Of a DNA stretch of 64,000 bases, positions 1 through 12,200 are shown in pieces; position 1 is the first letter of the stretch; every line of letters starts with the position of its first letter. Position numbers and translations under genes: made by a program. Origin of the DNA: Lepidodermella squamata. Taxonomy: Eukaryota; Animalia; Gastrotricha. The stretch lies in contig JBLDXI010000028.1 in NCBI GenBank assembly GCA_047495785.1, positions 1,116,001 through 1,180,000 of the forward strand, given 5' to 3'. The notes under the pieces are model-generated. The model worked only from the letters and a program-made list of their open reading frames with translations. It made no database searches and was not told where the DNA came from.

Positions 1-625
1 GGCATTATTTCCTTCGTGCGACCAAGGATGGTGTACGCTTTTCGAACGGAACTGTCCAGTTTTATTCTCGAGGGTATGGGTTAATTTTTTTTTATTGCCG
101 ATGCAGGCGACTTCGATGAGATAAAGCTTCACATCGACCTTTGGTTGTTGATTGCTACAGAAATATGAAGAAATGCTGTTTGCTGATGAGACTTGAGTTT
201 GAGGTAGTCATGCTTGACCTCCCCTCTGAATGAAGTTGCATATTTACTTTTCAACCCTGGCCTTTGGCTATTGGTGTGGTGGGATCCATCCCACGATCTC
301 ACGCAGTGCAGAACAAACTGGACGCGAAAAGCGTGCGATTTTATTTTTGGCGAAATGCTTAGATGATTTAAATGAATAATAAATGTCCACGACCCCCGAG
401 CTAGGCTGCTCTTATTGCTGCTTATCAATTTCAAATAGCGAACAAAGCAACGAAATTCCGCAAAATTGTTAACTCACTCCACACTTAGCCATTTGCGATA
501 ATTTCAACCTTTACAGTATACAATACCTCCTTAATTCTTGGGCCAAATCTGTTTCTTAGTCCTATTGTAGCCTGCTTCTAATAAATTTTCAATTCCATTA
601 TAGGGTTTAACAAAAAGTATTGACA

Positions 626-871
626 ATGTGGGCACTGCCGACATTTTCCGGACTGTGGTTCGTCGTGGGCGTTATTTGCCCGTTTTTCGTACCTCGAAGC
701 AATCCTAATCGTGGTCTTATACAAACAATGTTGGCTCTCACAGCTGCTTGCTGCTGGCTTTTCTGGATTTGCGTCTATCTTCATCAGTTGAACCCTCTAA
801 TCGGCCCGATTTTGAAAAATTCGACGATATACGTTATGCAACGGGAATGGTTTGGTAAAACTGACGACTGA
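626..871 (+). CDS. ATP6V0E: V-type H+-ATPase subunit e (single coding exon)
   Basis: 81-aa two-TM protein with GVICPFFVP..NRGLIQTML.LTAACCWLFWICVYLHQLNPLIGP, typical of V0 subunit e; ATG at 626 preceded by TTATAG acceptor (603). Confidence 0.93.
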   Translation: MWALPTFSGLWFVVGVICPFFVPRSNPNRGLIQTMLALTAACCWLFWICVYLHQLNPLIGPILKNSTIYVMQREWFGKTDD

Positions 872-1263
872 TTAAGATGTATTACTGATGGTTCTATAAA
901 TATCGGATATTTGATTCCAAAGCCTGTCTTATTAGCATATAGTCGACGAAGCCCTTTCTTCTAATTTTGTTCTACCATCCCAAATTTTTTAAACAATTGC
1001 AATGCTTAATGTGAGATACATGTAAATTATCAAATCAATTTGCGCTTGCGTAATAGTGTGTTGTGCGTCGGTGCATTTTTTTCCATGAGATATCAGAGGC
1101 AAGTATTTTCAGTCTTTGTATGATTCTTGTTATATACACATAAATTTCTCGTCTCACGCGTAGCAATCGATGATTCTGTGACTTGACTGTCTATCAAAAT
1201 AAAAATTTGGATTTCATTGTTTAATTGCGCCGTCACTATTTTAGGCATTGCAAGCTTTAAAAA

Positions 1264-2727
1264 ATGGGTAAACGAAAAAGTGCGGAGCTGAAATTGAAAA
1301 ATGTCTCATTGGAAGATCAACTTGCTGCTGATGCTGCTCCTCGGCAAAGGGATCGAAAGAAAGCTAAACTGCCGAGCGATGAACCTTCAGAAGACGTTTC
1401 GGTTATGTCCCTGGCTAAACGAGACATGTTGCTAGCCTCGGAAATGAGATCGGAGAGTGAAAGCGATGGGGAGGAACCGTAGGTTTAAGTCAAATATGAG
1501 GTGATGGTTTACTATGATTAAGCTTTTCTAGGATGATCCAACCTGCCCCGAGGAAGGGGAAACTCATTGCTACTCCCCATTCTGACAGTGAAGATGATTT
1601 GGATGGATTGAGTGAAGCATCCGAGGATGACGCTAGGAGCTATGCCCCGATCGATTATGAAGATAATTCTCATGAATTATACGATGAATTGGTAAAGAAA
1701 TATTAATTATTGGAATTTTGTTTTTTAAGCTGCATTTTTGTAGCAATTAACAGATAATGATGCTGTAATTTTGGATTCATTAACCGGCGGCGCAAAAATG
1801 TCGCTAGCCGAGGCCATGCGTAAAAAATTCGAGCAGAAATTGAATGAAGCTCTCGAGGGTGGGCCGAGTGGCGAGAAGACCGGATTAGACCCTCGCATCG
1901 TAAAATTATATCGCGGTGTTGGGCAAGTTTTGTCGAAATATCGATCTGGGAGATTACCGAAAGCTTTCAAAATCGTACCATCTCTCTCGAATTGGGAAAC
2001 AGTCCTCTGGATTATGGAACCTGATAAATGGACGGCTGCTGCTGTTTACGAGGGAACTCGACTTTTCGCCTCGAATTTGAACGAAAAAATGGCTCAACGT
2101 TTCTATAATTTGGTGCTATTGCCCCGTTTGCGTGACGACATTGCCGAGTACAAAAAGTTATCGCCTCATTTGTACCAGGCCCTTATGAAATCAGTCTTCA
2201 AACCAGCTGCGTTTTTCAAGGGAATTTTAATTCCGTTGTGTGAAGATCCGGATTGCACGTTGAGAGAGGCGGTTGTTTTCGGCAGTGCTTTAGCTAAGAT
2301 TTCAATTCCTATGCTTCATTCTGCGGCTGCTTTGTTACGTTTGCTGCAAATTCCCGGCTACAGCGGGCCGACTATGATCATTTTACACATTTTGCTCAAG
2401 AAACGTTACACATTACCGTTTCGTGTTGTTGACGAATTGGTAGCGTATTTCATGCGATTCGGCGAGAGTGATGAAGAAATGAGCGATGAAGAACCGCTTC
2501 CAGTTTTGTGGCACCAGTGCTTGTTGACCCTAGTGACGCATTACGCGAGAGATATGAGCGCATCTCAGCGACATATGTTGTTAGACCTTACGAAACGCCG
2601 TCATCACTCGTCGATTTCATCGGCAATCCGAGCTGAACTGAACACCTCGCCGGTCACTCGTGAGGACAGCGCTGTTGGAACAACGAGTGTTCCACATTCA
2701 AGAACCGTCAGTCTTAGCATGGAATGA
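1264..2727 (+). CDS. BYSL: Bystin (Enp1); exons 1264-1478, 1532-1691, 1744-2727
   Basis: YRSGRLPKAFKIVP, AQRFYNLVLLPRLRDDIAEYKKL, LPVLWHQCLL motifs; GT-AG introns give a continuous frame. Confidence 0.95.
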
Positions 2728-3013
2728 GATTTTCGGCAAAATCTAATAAATCAAATTTGCTCAAAATATTGAATGGTTTCGAATTCGCTGTTGAATTCCG
2801 ATAAAGGACCAAAGATTTTACGAATATTTCGACTTGAAAATTGAATTTCAATTAAAAAATCAGCGACTCGAAACCTAACATATATTCTGAGCCTACAATG
2901 TGCAACATCAAAATAAATAAGGGAGGAGGAGTTTTCTTATAAAATCAATCGGACTTTTATTCAATGGTTTTACGTTTAGCTAGATATTTACTCTTATTTA
3001 AAACACGTTGAAA

Positions 3014-6000
3014 ATGGATGACGATATGATGGATGATGAGTACGCGTTGGAGTATTCGGATGACGACGAAGATGAGCCGAATGTTGACCTTGAAAACCAA
3101 TATTACAGCTCGAAAACACTGAAATCCGACAACCCAAACGAGGCGCTGAGGGGCTTTCGCCGCGTGTTAGAACTCGAGGGGGACGTTAAGGGTGAATGGG
3201 GCTTCAAAGCGTTGAAGCAAATGATGAAAATCAATTTCAAGCTGGGAAAATACGACGAAATGCTTCGCGATTACAACACGCTGTTGACTTATATGAAATC
3301 AGCGGTGACGAAAAATTACTCGGAGAAATCGATCAATTCAATTTTGGACTATGTCTCAACGTCGAAACAAAAGGATTTGTTACAACAATTTTACGAAACT
3401 ACGCTGAACGCGTTGAAAGAGTCGAAAAACGACCGGTTGTGGTTCAAGGCGAATCTGAAGTTGGGCAAATTGTATTTCGACCAGGGTGACTATGCGAAAC
3501 TGCAGAAAACCCTGCGTGAATTGCATCAGAGTTGCCAGAACGATGAAGGCGAGGCTGATTTGAAAAAAGGCACTCAGCTGTTGGAAATCTACGCCCTTGA
3601 AATTCAAATGTATACCGAGCAGAAGAATAACAAACGCTTGAAGGCGCTGTACAGCCAATCGCTTCATATCAAATCGGCTATTCCACATCCGTTGATTATG
3701 GGCGTTATTCGGGAGTGTGGTGGCAAAATGCATTTGCGTGAAGGCGAGTTCGAAAAGGCTCACATGGATTTCTTCGAAGCGTTTAAAAACTACGATGAAG
3801 CCGGTAGCCCGAGGTAAATTCAGCCAAAATGAATAAATATGAATGAATCACGTTTACCGGATAATTTACTTGTTTCTATGATGGAGGAGGTTTTCGTTAA
3901 CATTTTGAAATCTAACTTTTTAAAGCCATTTTGGAGAAATTTATCAAGCCCAAAACATATATTTTACAATTTTTATTCAATTTTATTCTCACAGGTTTAA
4001 ATCAAATTCATTATTCTTGCGCATATTTTTAAAATTTTGAGGGTTAAAAGGAATTCTTTAATAAAATCTGATACCTTAGACCTCGAGAATTGAAATGAAA
4101 TCAACCGAATCGCTGAATTATTTGGAACAAACTTTGCCTCGAATGCTTTGAAAATATTCGATTGAATTTTTTTTATATTATCTCCGAATTTTCCAACATA
4201 TTTTGTAAAGTATTTTTAAATTTGGCTCCCATTCTATGAAAAACGCGCAATTTATTTCTCATTAGTTTTGCTAATTTTAACAATTTTTTGAATTTCCTGA
4301 ATATTTTTCTGAGATATTCGTGCGGGAGTATCGTAAATTTCTTATATGATGATGATTTTCTGTATCAAAATTGTTATCTTGTTTATTTCAGGCGAATCAC
4401 GTGTTTGAAATATGTGGTGCTAGCGAGTATGCTCATGAAGTCGGCTATAAACCCGTTCGATTCTCAAGAAACGAAGCCGTACAAATTCGACCAGGAAATC
4501 GCCGCTGTTACAAATCTCATCAGCGCGTACCAGATGGGCGATTTGGAGACGTTTGAAAAAGTTCTCGCCGAACACCGCCAGTCCATTATGGACGATCCGT
4601 TCATGCGCGAGCACATCGAAGATCTGCTTCGCAATATTCGAACGCAAGTCTTACTGCGCCTCGTCAAGCCGTACACGCGCGTGAAGCTGGAAAGCTTAGC
4701 GAAAACACTCAAAATCGCGTCACATGAAGTTGAAAGCTTGCTGGTGGTTTGCATTCTCGATGGGTAAATTTCTTTTAATTACTTATCGTTGGTAGCCGAT
4801 AAATTGTGCCCTGTAAGTAATACAATCGCAGAAGATGCATAGTAACTAGGCCAAAAATGCTACGATTTGTGAGTACTATCTTATGGTCTTGGTATGGATC
4901 ACGATAATAATTGGGTCATTCCATCTGAATTCGACGGGAAACTTTGCTAAGGTTCTTGGTTGTTAGAATAGCTTATGACAATTATTTTCGTGTCAATCTC
5001 AAAAATAAGGGGACTTATTAGGACTTGTTTGACATGGACTTCGTGCTCAGCATTCGAGAAAGTGTTCGAGAAGTTCAGAATATCTTCAAGGTAAATTACG
5101 ACGCAAACGTCGATCATGTCGCGGAAAACATTATTCATGAAGTGTTGAAACGCTGCCAGGGCATTGGACAAACCGAAAGGCATCACCAGATACTCAAACA
5201 GGCCATATTTCGAGCGAAAAGCCGTTTTCCATTCATCACCTTCACGAATGCGAAGTAAATAGCACGCATTTTCAAGCCGAGACACGTGAATATCTTTGCC
5301 TTGCCAACACGGTCGAGCGTTTCAGGAATCAGCGGCAATGGGCATCGAAATTTCGTAACGCGATTTAACCCGCGCTAGTCAACAACTGGGTGCAGAGTTT
5401 CCATTCCGAGCATTCCACGATCCATTTCTATTCCTCCATGGGGCCAACTCACTTGAATCATGTGTTGTTTACGCGATTCTAGGTATATAATCTATTTGGC
5501 GTTGCGCGGCTCAGAGGTATCGTATGCCGATCGCTAACGATTTCATCGACCGAATATTGTCACAAAAATTTCCGCTTCAGCAACATTGTAATTGAAGTCG
5601 TAACCGTGAATTTCCTCAGTCCAATCTGTTCTAGCCTGCCCCTTCAAACCTAGACGATGAAGCTCATCGGTAACCTGGGCCGATTGCTTCGAAAGCTTAG
5701 GGCGATACAAATCCGATACTTTTTCGACAGTAATGAAAACCAGCCATGCATGAGTGACTTACGGCCGATTGACGTTTCCGATCGCTATTCCAGCAAGGTC
5801 TTTCTACACAGGTTCATTAATCATCAGATAATTGAAAAATAGAAACAAGGTTAAAATTTGTAAGGCTGGTACAGTAGGAAGCTCCGAATATGAATAACAT
5901 ATTTTGCGTTTCTGATCTTCAATTGTTTCAATTTTTAGATACATCGATGGGCGGATCGATCAAGTGAGCGGCGTTCTCGAGCTGCAGCACAAGCAAGTGA

Positions 6001-6251
6001 ACCAAGCTGGCCAGACAGGCGTGGCGAGCGGGCTCGATTCAACGGCTCAATCCTCGCAAGGCCAAGGTGCTAGCTCATCCTCGGCGGTAACTGGCGGCGG
6101 CGCAAATGCCGCCAATGTCGGCTCGCTTTTCCCGCCAGTTTCCACGCCATCTTCGAGTTCGACCTCGCTGGACCGATACGCGGCCGTGGACGCGTGGTCG
6201 CGGCAATTGCGCTCGTTGCTCACCGCAGTTACTCGCCGCGTCCGAGACTAG
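3014..6251 (+). CDS. COPS2: COP9 signalosome subunit 2; exons 3014-3813, 4392-4763, 5939-6251
   Basis: [62 protein letters not shown] domain; intron phases consistent. Confidence 0.97.
4990..5400 (-). mobile_element. Ty3/Gypsy LTR-retrotransposon RT fragment (degenerate) in COPS2 intron 2
   Basis: [43 protein letters not shown] (YLDD mutated); upstream [11 protein letters not shown] in another frame. Confidence 0.9.
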
Positions 6252-6903
6252 ACTCTGTGATTTATTTTTCATTCCTTCCTCCATCTCTCGTTTTCGCGAT
6301 ATATAATTAACGCGCTATATAAATCTTCGTTATTTGTCTGTGTAACATGCGCTGAAAAAAACATCCCCGTGAAAACATGTAACCAGTTTACTAACAATGA
6401 TATGAATCGGTGCTTCAAGCATGTTTTTCACTTGTTAACATGCGAATTAGTTAATAACAGTCAGTAAATTGAAGAATAAAGTGAAATGAAACTCGAAACA
6501 TAACATAATATGTACTAACACGGTAAAACGGATGACAACTCAAGGTACGCTGGACTTCCCTGAGCCCGTGAATATTACCAATTACCAATGGAAATAATTA
6601 CCGGAAAATATGAAATTCGTAGTAGCAGAAAAGATTTTATATCCCGAATTTATTTTTTTTTCGATTTTTTTGAATGTGAAATTGAGGGATCATCGGAAGT
6701 TTACTTGGGGGTTTTATCAACTCGGAAAATGAATTTTTCTAATTTTTTATGCTAAGACTAAATGATGTGAAATTGATGCTCATTCCAGTTTATTATGTTG
6801 AAGTAATTCCATCATTCTTTTACTGTTGTGAACGTGTCCATTCAATGTTATACATTTTCTGTTGATTTTGTAGGATTTTAGACGGAAAGTTGAGCACAAG
6901 TCG

Positions 6904-9106
6904 ATGCGGCCATCACTGGCTTGCAAATCGGCACTGAAAGCGATACTTCTCTTCAGCTTCATTTATGCCTTCATGCGGATTGGCGACCACATTATGGCCT
7001 CGATTTTCTCCTCAGTCTACCTGGCTAAAAATGGCGATTACCTTCAAGCCCCGAAAGATTGCCCATCCCTAACAAATCTAACCAACGCAATATCGACGAA
7101 AGGAGGCCGAGAGAAAATTCTGAAAGAGCCGTCTCAATTCGCACAAGAAGACGGCGAAAAACTGCCACATATTGTTGAATCTTATCGAGTTTCAGGTTTA
7201 GCCTCGAAAGTTGTGAAAATTCTGACGAAACCAGTCGATGTCCCGTGTCGAAATCTAGGCCGGTTTGGAATCAGCGAACCAGGTGGTCACGATGGCCATC
7301 TAGTTTGCCTAGACGTAATTCCTGAAGATGAACCTGTAAGACCTGAGGGATCGAAAAGGTGTTTAGTCTACTCATTCGGGGTGGGCTATGACTTCAGTTT
7401 TGAAGACCAGATTATAAAACGCGGTTGTGACGTTCACTCCTTCGACCCGTCTATGATTTTTGCCGATCATGTCCGCGGTGAAGGGGTCAGATTTCATCGC
7501 ACGGGCCTTCACGACTCGAATTCAGACGATTATGCGCCGTTTTTGGGTGGATTCGTCAAAGAGCCGCAAATTTGGCGGGTTCGAACGTTGGATTCGATTT
7601 TGACGGATCTAGGCCATGAAATGCGGAATATTTCGGTGCTGAAAGTGGATATTGAAGGTTCTGAGTGGCCGTTGATTGAATATCTAATGTTCGAAAAACC
7701 CACCCTGTTGGCGAGGATCGATCAATTTATTGTTGAATGGCATATTGGAGCGAAGCAACAACGCCAAATCGACTCAATATATAAGGTGAGCATTTCGGAC
7801 CTATTTAATGTAATGATTATCTACTTATTAAGTCCGTAAATATTCGCTAAAAAGTGACGAAGACCGAAGGCTATAAGAAAAGCTCAATAGGAAGTCTAAT
7901 CGTCGAAATACCATCGAAGTATCGTTAGCATTTCCTTCTCTCGCTGTAAGATCACAGTGTCTTTACACGGGCCCTTGTTCGTTTACTAATGGGCTCATCC
8001 CCTTGGTGAGTTGCCGCAGGTTCGATTTTGATGCCCTTGGAAACCTAGGGACAACGTTCGGGAATTTCATTTTGCTCAGTGGCAATGTATCCTCGGGAAG
8101 ATGAAGGAACACTGCTGGCCTGTCTGGGAATAGTTTCGCAACGGAAAACTCTTCGTCTTTTGATATGATTCGCATTTCTAGTGTGTCGGTCGACCAGTGC
8201 TCCAAAAAGTGGTTTTCTGTCTCGTAACCGGTCAGACAATTTTAGAAACTGTCTCTTGCCTTCCATTACAAAAACATGACATGGCTGTCATTTCGACTCC
8301 TTACTCGCGTAGATTACAGGCAATTTGAATGGGCAAAAAGAGTTTTCCTACAAAAAATTAGGATCTAAATGGCCCAGCGACCCCCCAACAATCAAAATAC
8401 GTGAGATCAGCGAGACAAATCGCAGGAAACTCATCCAATCTTGTTACCCTATCAGCTGAGCCTCTGAATCTGTCTCGTAATTTAATTACTATATTACCGT
8501 CTTTTTGGAGCTCTGCGGTCGACCTCGGACAAACCTGTGGTGAGAAAGAGTGCCGGCCATGGTCGTTACGCCCTTTATTTGACTTAAAGATGGGCTCGCT
8601 ATCAAATTTTGGAATAAACATATGAGCACTGGTGCTCCTTTAAAAACCGTCGCAATCGCTTGCTAACTTTTCGATCCCTATCGATTAGCCATATATAAAA
8701 ACTTAAACAGAGATAGAACTAACCCGATCGAGAAATTCGAATTAAAACTGGATGCAGTGGTCGCGAGATGCCGTTAGACGTTCAATATGGCCCTCCTTTT
8801 CGCAGAGACAGAAGCCAACAGGAACCGCTTTATTTTGTGACTTTTTGAAGCCCAGTGTAGTGTGAAAAGCGTACATTAACAGTGAACATGTTGGCTAAAT
8901 TGAAGCTCTTTTGAATTGCAAAATTGTAATTTGAAACTTCTATGATTTTTTAGCTGGCAAGTTTGTTTCGAAAGTGTGCCGGTTTTTCTCTGGTCTATGC
9001 CGATCATTGGCGGCGAGATGCTGATATGCATGCGTTTCTGACGACCTACGTCAATTCCCGGCTGTTAACCGCCCATCAATCGTTTTTCTACAATATCGAA
9101 AGTTGA
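6904..9106 (+). CDS. METTL24: METTL24-like (Methyltransf_22) protein with N-terminal membrane anchor; exons 6904-7785, 8954-9106
   Basis: DGHLVCLD, CLVYSFGVGYDFSFE, GCDVHSFDPSM, LKVDIEGSEW, QFIVEWH, C-terminal TYVNSRL. Confidence 0.8.
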
Positions 9107-9247
9107 TCTTGCTCAAGTTTTTTTATTGCCAGAAGTGCTTCTTCTTATGCTTTTTTTTACCAACTTCTGCTTTCTTGCTATTCATGGTTGTCAATTTTTT
9201 ACGATTTGAAATAAAATGTTTCTAGATTATTTTGATACGATACTAGC

Positions 9248-12200
9248 ATGGCTTTTGCGATTCGAAGCGCGGTGGTGAGACGGCTTAGTTCGGCGGCTGG
9301 GTCAGTCAGAAAAACGGCACTGTACGATTTTCACGTCAAGAATAAGGGCAAAATGGTTCCCTTTGCCGGGTGGCTGATGCCGGTTCTATATGGCAGCCAT
9401 GGAATCATCGAATCACACTTGCACACCAGAAAAGGTTTGTTCTAGCCATTTCAAAAATCATGCTCTATTTACTGTTAGAATTATATAAATTGGAACTAAT
9501 TGAAACCAACTGGTGTAATCGTAGTTATAGGTACTTAGCGAAACGAACAGAGGTAATCAGGCCCCAGGTTTGAGGGATTTTCTTTAAGGGCCCGCCTAGC
9601 CCTTCGCTCTTAAGCTTTATCACAGCAGGTCATGGGCCTGTCTGGAAAGAGAATTAACGAAAACAATGGAACTCGGCAGCAAATATGTTTCCAGTCCATC
9701 GTCACCCAGAGATGAAATCGGCAAAAAACAACATTGCTGAGAGGTGACTTGGCCACTTTATATAAGCCTTGACTTCTTTTGCATCGTTCATTACAAACTT
9801 CAGCAGTCCGTAATAGTGGAGATCAGATCCACAAGCACATAAAAAGTGGGATCTTGTAATATTTTCTCACGCTGTTTCTTATTTTGTCTTGGTGGGCCAA
9901 GGTTGCTCTCGATGTCTCCTGAGAACAGCAGTGAGTTGACAGAAAACAGCTGTGTGATGTCGGGCGGCTTTATCAAATTGAAAATTTGAACCGGTTGCAT
10001 CATTATACGAAGTTCGACTAGAACTGAAATTGAACACTGTTTCGATGACTCGGCGTTACTACCGGTTTTACATTTGTCAGCTGTTTCGAAGTATACCCAC
10101 ACTAGTAGCTCGAAAAATTTATATATGAGTATTACAAGTCTACGAATGCTAGAAGAGATGCGCTGAGAATGAATCGGCAGCATTACCTAGGAGTGACTGA
10201 TAATGGCTACATTGATCACTGCTGCAATGATGGAAATACAATATCGACTTTGCCTATGGATTCATATTCAATTTGCAGACGCGCATTGTTTATCACTGCG
10301 CCGTGAATGGCCCGGTTGTGAGGGAGTAATTCCAGAGCCAAACGCTGAGCCACTTCCGCTCGATTTCTTGTGTGTTTCTTCGTAAGGCCACTCTTCACGG
10401 AAATGGAAGCTACTGAGCTAGGAAATCAGCAAATGACTTCGAGCCGTGTCGCTAATTTTCACCTCGCTTTTTTCGAATCTAACAACTGCCTTTCGGTCGC
10501 AATTATGGACGATTTGATATGAAATGCGTCGATTATAGTACAACGCGGATTCATTCGCTAACAGTTGAAACGATGAAGAATAACATATCAAGAGCAATGA
10601 GAGATGAGAGTAGATATAAATGTTTTGCTGATCTTACCGCTCGAAGAACAAGGAACGCGATACGCAATGCACAGTGAAGGGGGCACCAATAAATGTCATC
10701 AGTATCGATTTTTAAGAGGCTAGAAGGTAGATAACGCTTTGGCTTGCGATCGTTTTCATCGATGCCGACGTCCAAGGGTTTCGTCGCGTTCTCGACAACA
10801 TTGAAGATACAACATAGACAACAAAAATCAAGCGCGCCACTGTGGCTCGTTCTAACCACCTTTCCAATAGCCGATAGATCGACGCTAATGGAGCTGCAGA
10901 TTTCGGGTAGCTTAATAGTGTGGGAAGGAAGAAAGGAATTTATATATTATATACTATGTGCTACAGTCAGGAGTTCTAGTCGAGTGGTGGATGGAAGACA
11001 GATTCGTAAGCTTCGAAACGACAGATGAAGAGAATGGAGGATAAGATACGAATTACTATAAGATTCACTAATAGAATCGATTATTAGGTCGAAAATAAAA
11101 TGCTGAAATGTGTAGTTTGAAGTTAATAAAATGGGCATCGGTAACTATGAATTATATGTCTGATTGAATTTTCCTTATTTCGAAGCTGATTTATACTATT
11201 TTCATATTTTGATTAGCCGCCAGTCTGTTCGACGTGTCGCACATGCTGCAAACGCGAATCAGCGGCAAGGACGCTGCGGCTTTCATCGAAACAGCCGTTG
11301 TGGCCGACGTTGCTGGTCTGCCACCTGGCCGCGGCTCGTTGACCGTCATGACGACAGACAAAGGCGGCATTGTGGATGATTTGATTGTAACGCAGACGAA
11401 AGAAGGCTACTTATACGTGGTATCGAATGCTGGCTGCTCCGAGAAAGATCTAGCTCATTTACGGGCCAAGTTGGCTGCATTCAGGGCGAAAAAATCTGGT
11501 GCGGATGTCAAGTTTGAAGTGATTGAAGATCACAGTTTGGTGGCGTTACAAGGCCCGGCTATGAAGCATGTCCTGCAGCAGGGTGTGAAAGATCAACTAT
11601 CGAAGCTGCTGTTCATGAATTCAATTGAGACGAGTGTTTTTGGTATCGCGAAATGCCGGGTTACCCGGTGTGGCTATACTGGAGAGGACGGAGTTGAGGT
11701 AAATGATGTTTACACTTTATTCTGTAATCGTACATCAGTGGCCTTCTGGTTACATAACTTTCAAAATTTTTCAATCATAGCATTTTGTTTGTCAAACTGA
11801 GTAAGAGCCATATGTATAAATAAGGCCCTAGGGAAGGCTAGTTTCGAGGAAAAACTCACATAATAAGGCGAGGCGAAGCCGAGTCTTATTATGCGATTTT
11901 TCCGAGGAACTAGCCGTACCGTGGGCCTTATTAGACATATTACTCAAGGCGAAGCGTTCACCGTTCCCGATAAAACTGCAATTTAATTGGAAAAATGTGA
12001 CATAATAGGTGATTTTCTGGTGTGAAATTCGACTTTAAAAAATCAACCTTAAAACTGTACGATGAAAACGGCCTTTTTGAACGAATTTCATGCTGAAACA
12101 AGAAAAGTGATCTCGCTTCGCTCGAAGAGTTTCAAGTGCTTTTTCTCGCTTCGCTCGATGAAATCAGCGTCCCCTCGCTTTGCTCGGGCGAAAACCTTGC

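Noticed and set aside
1-170. 3' end of an upstream gene
   Set aside because: All three frames are open at the window edge and no motif is recognisable
200-222. let-7-like TGAGGTAGT
   Set aside because: No pre-miRNA-length hairpin; only the seed region matches
190-355. Possible SL RNA: AGTTTGAG|GTAG (like the nematode SL1 3' end) plus Sm-like ATTTTTGG at ~342
   Set aside because: Only an 8-nt match, donor-to-Sm distance ~140 nt is too long, and it is equally explained as a 5'UTR donor for ATP6V0E
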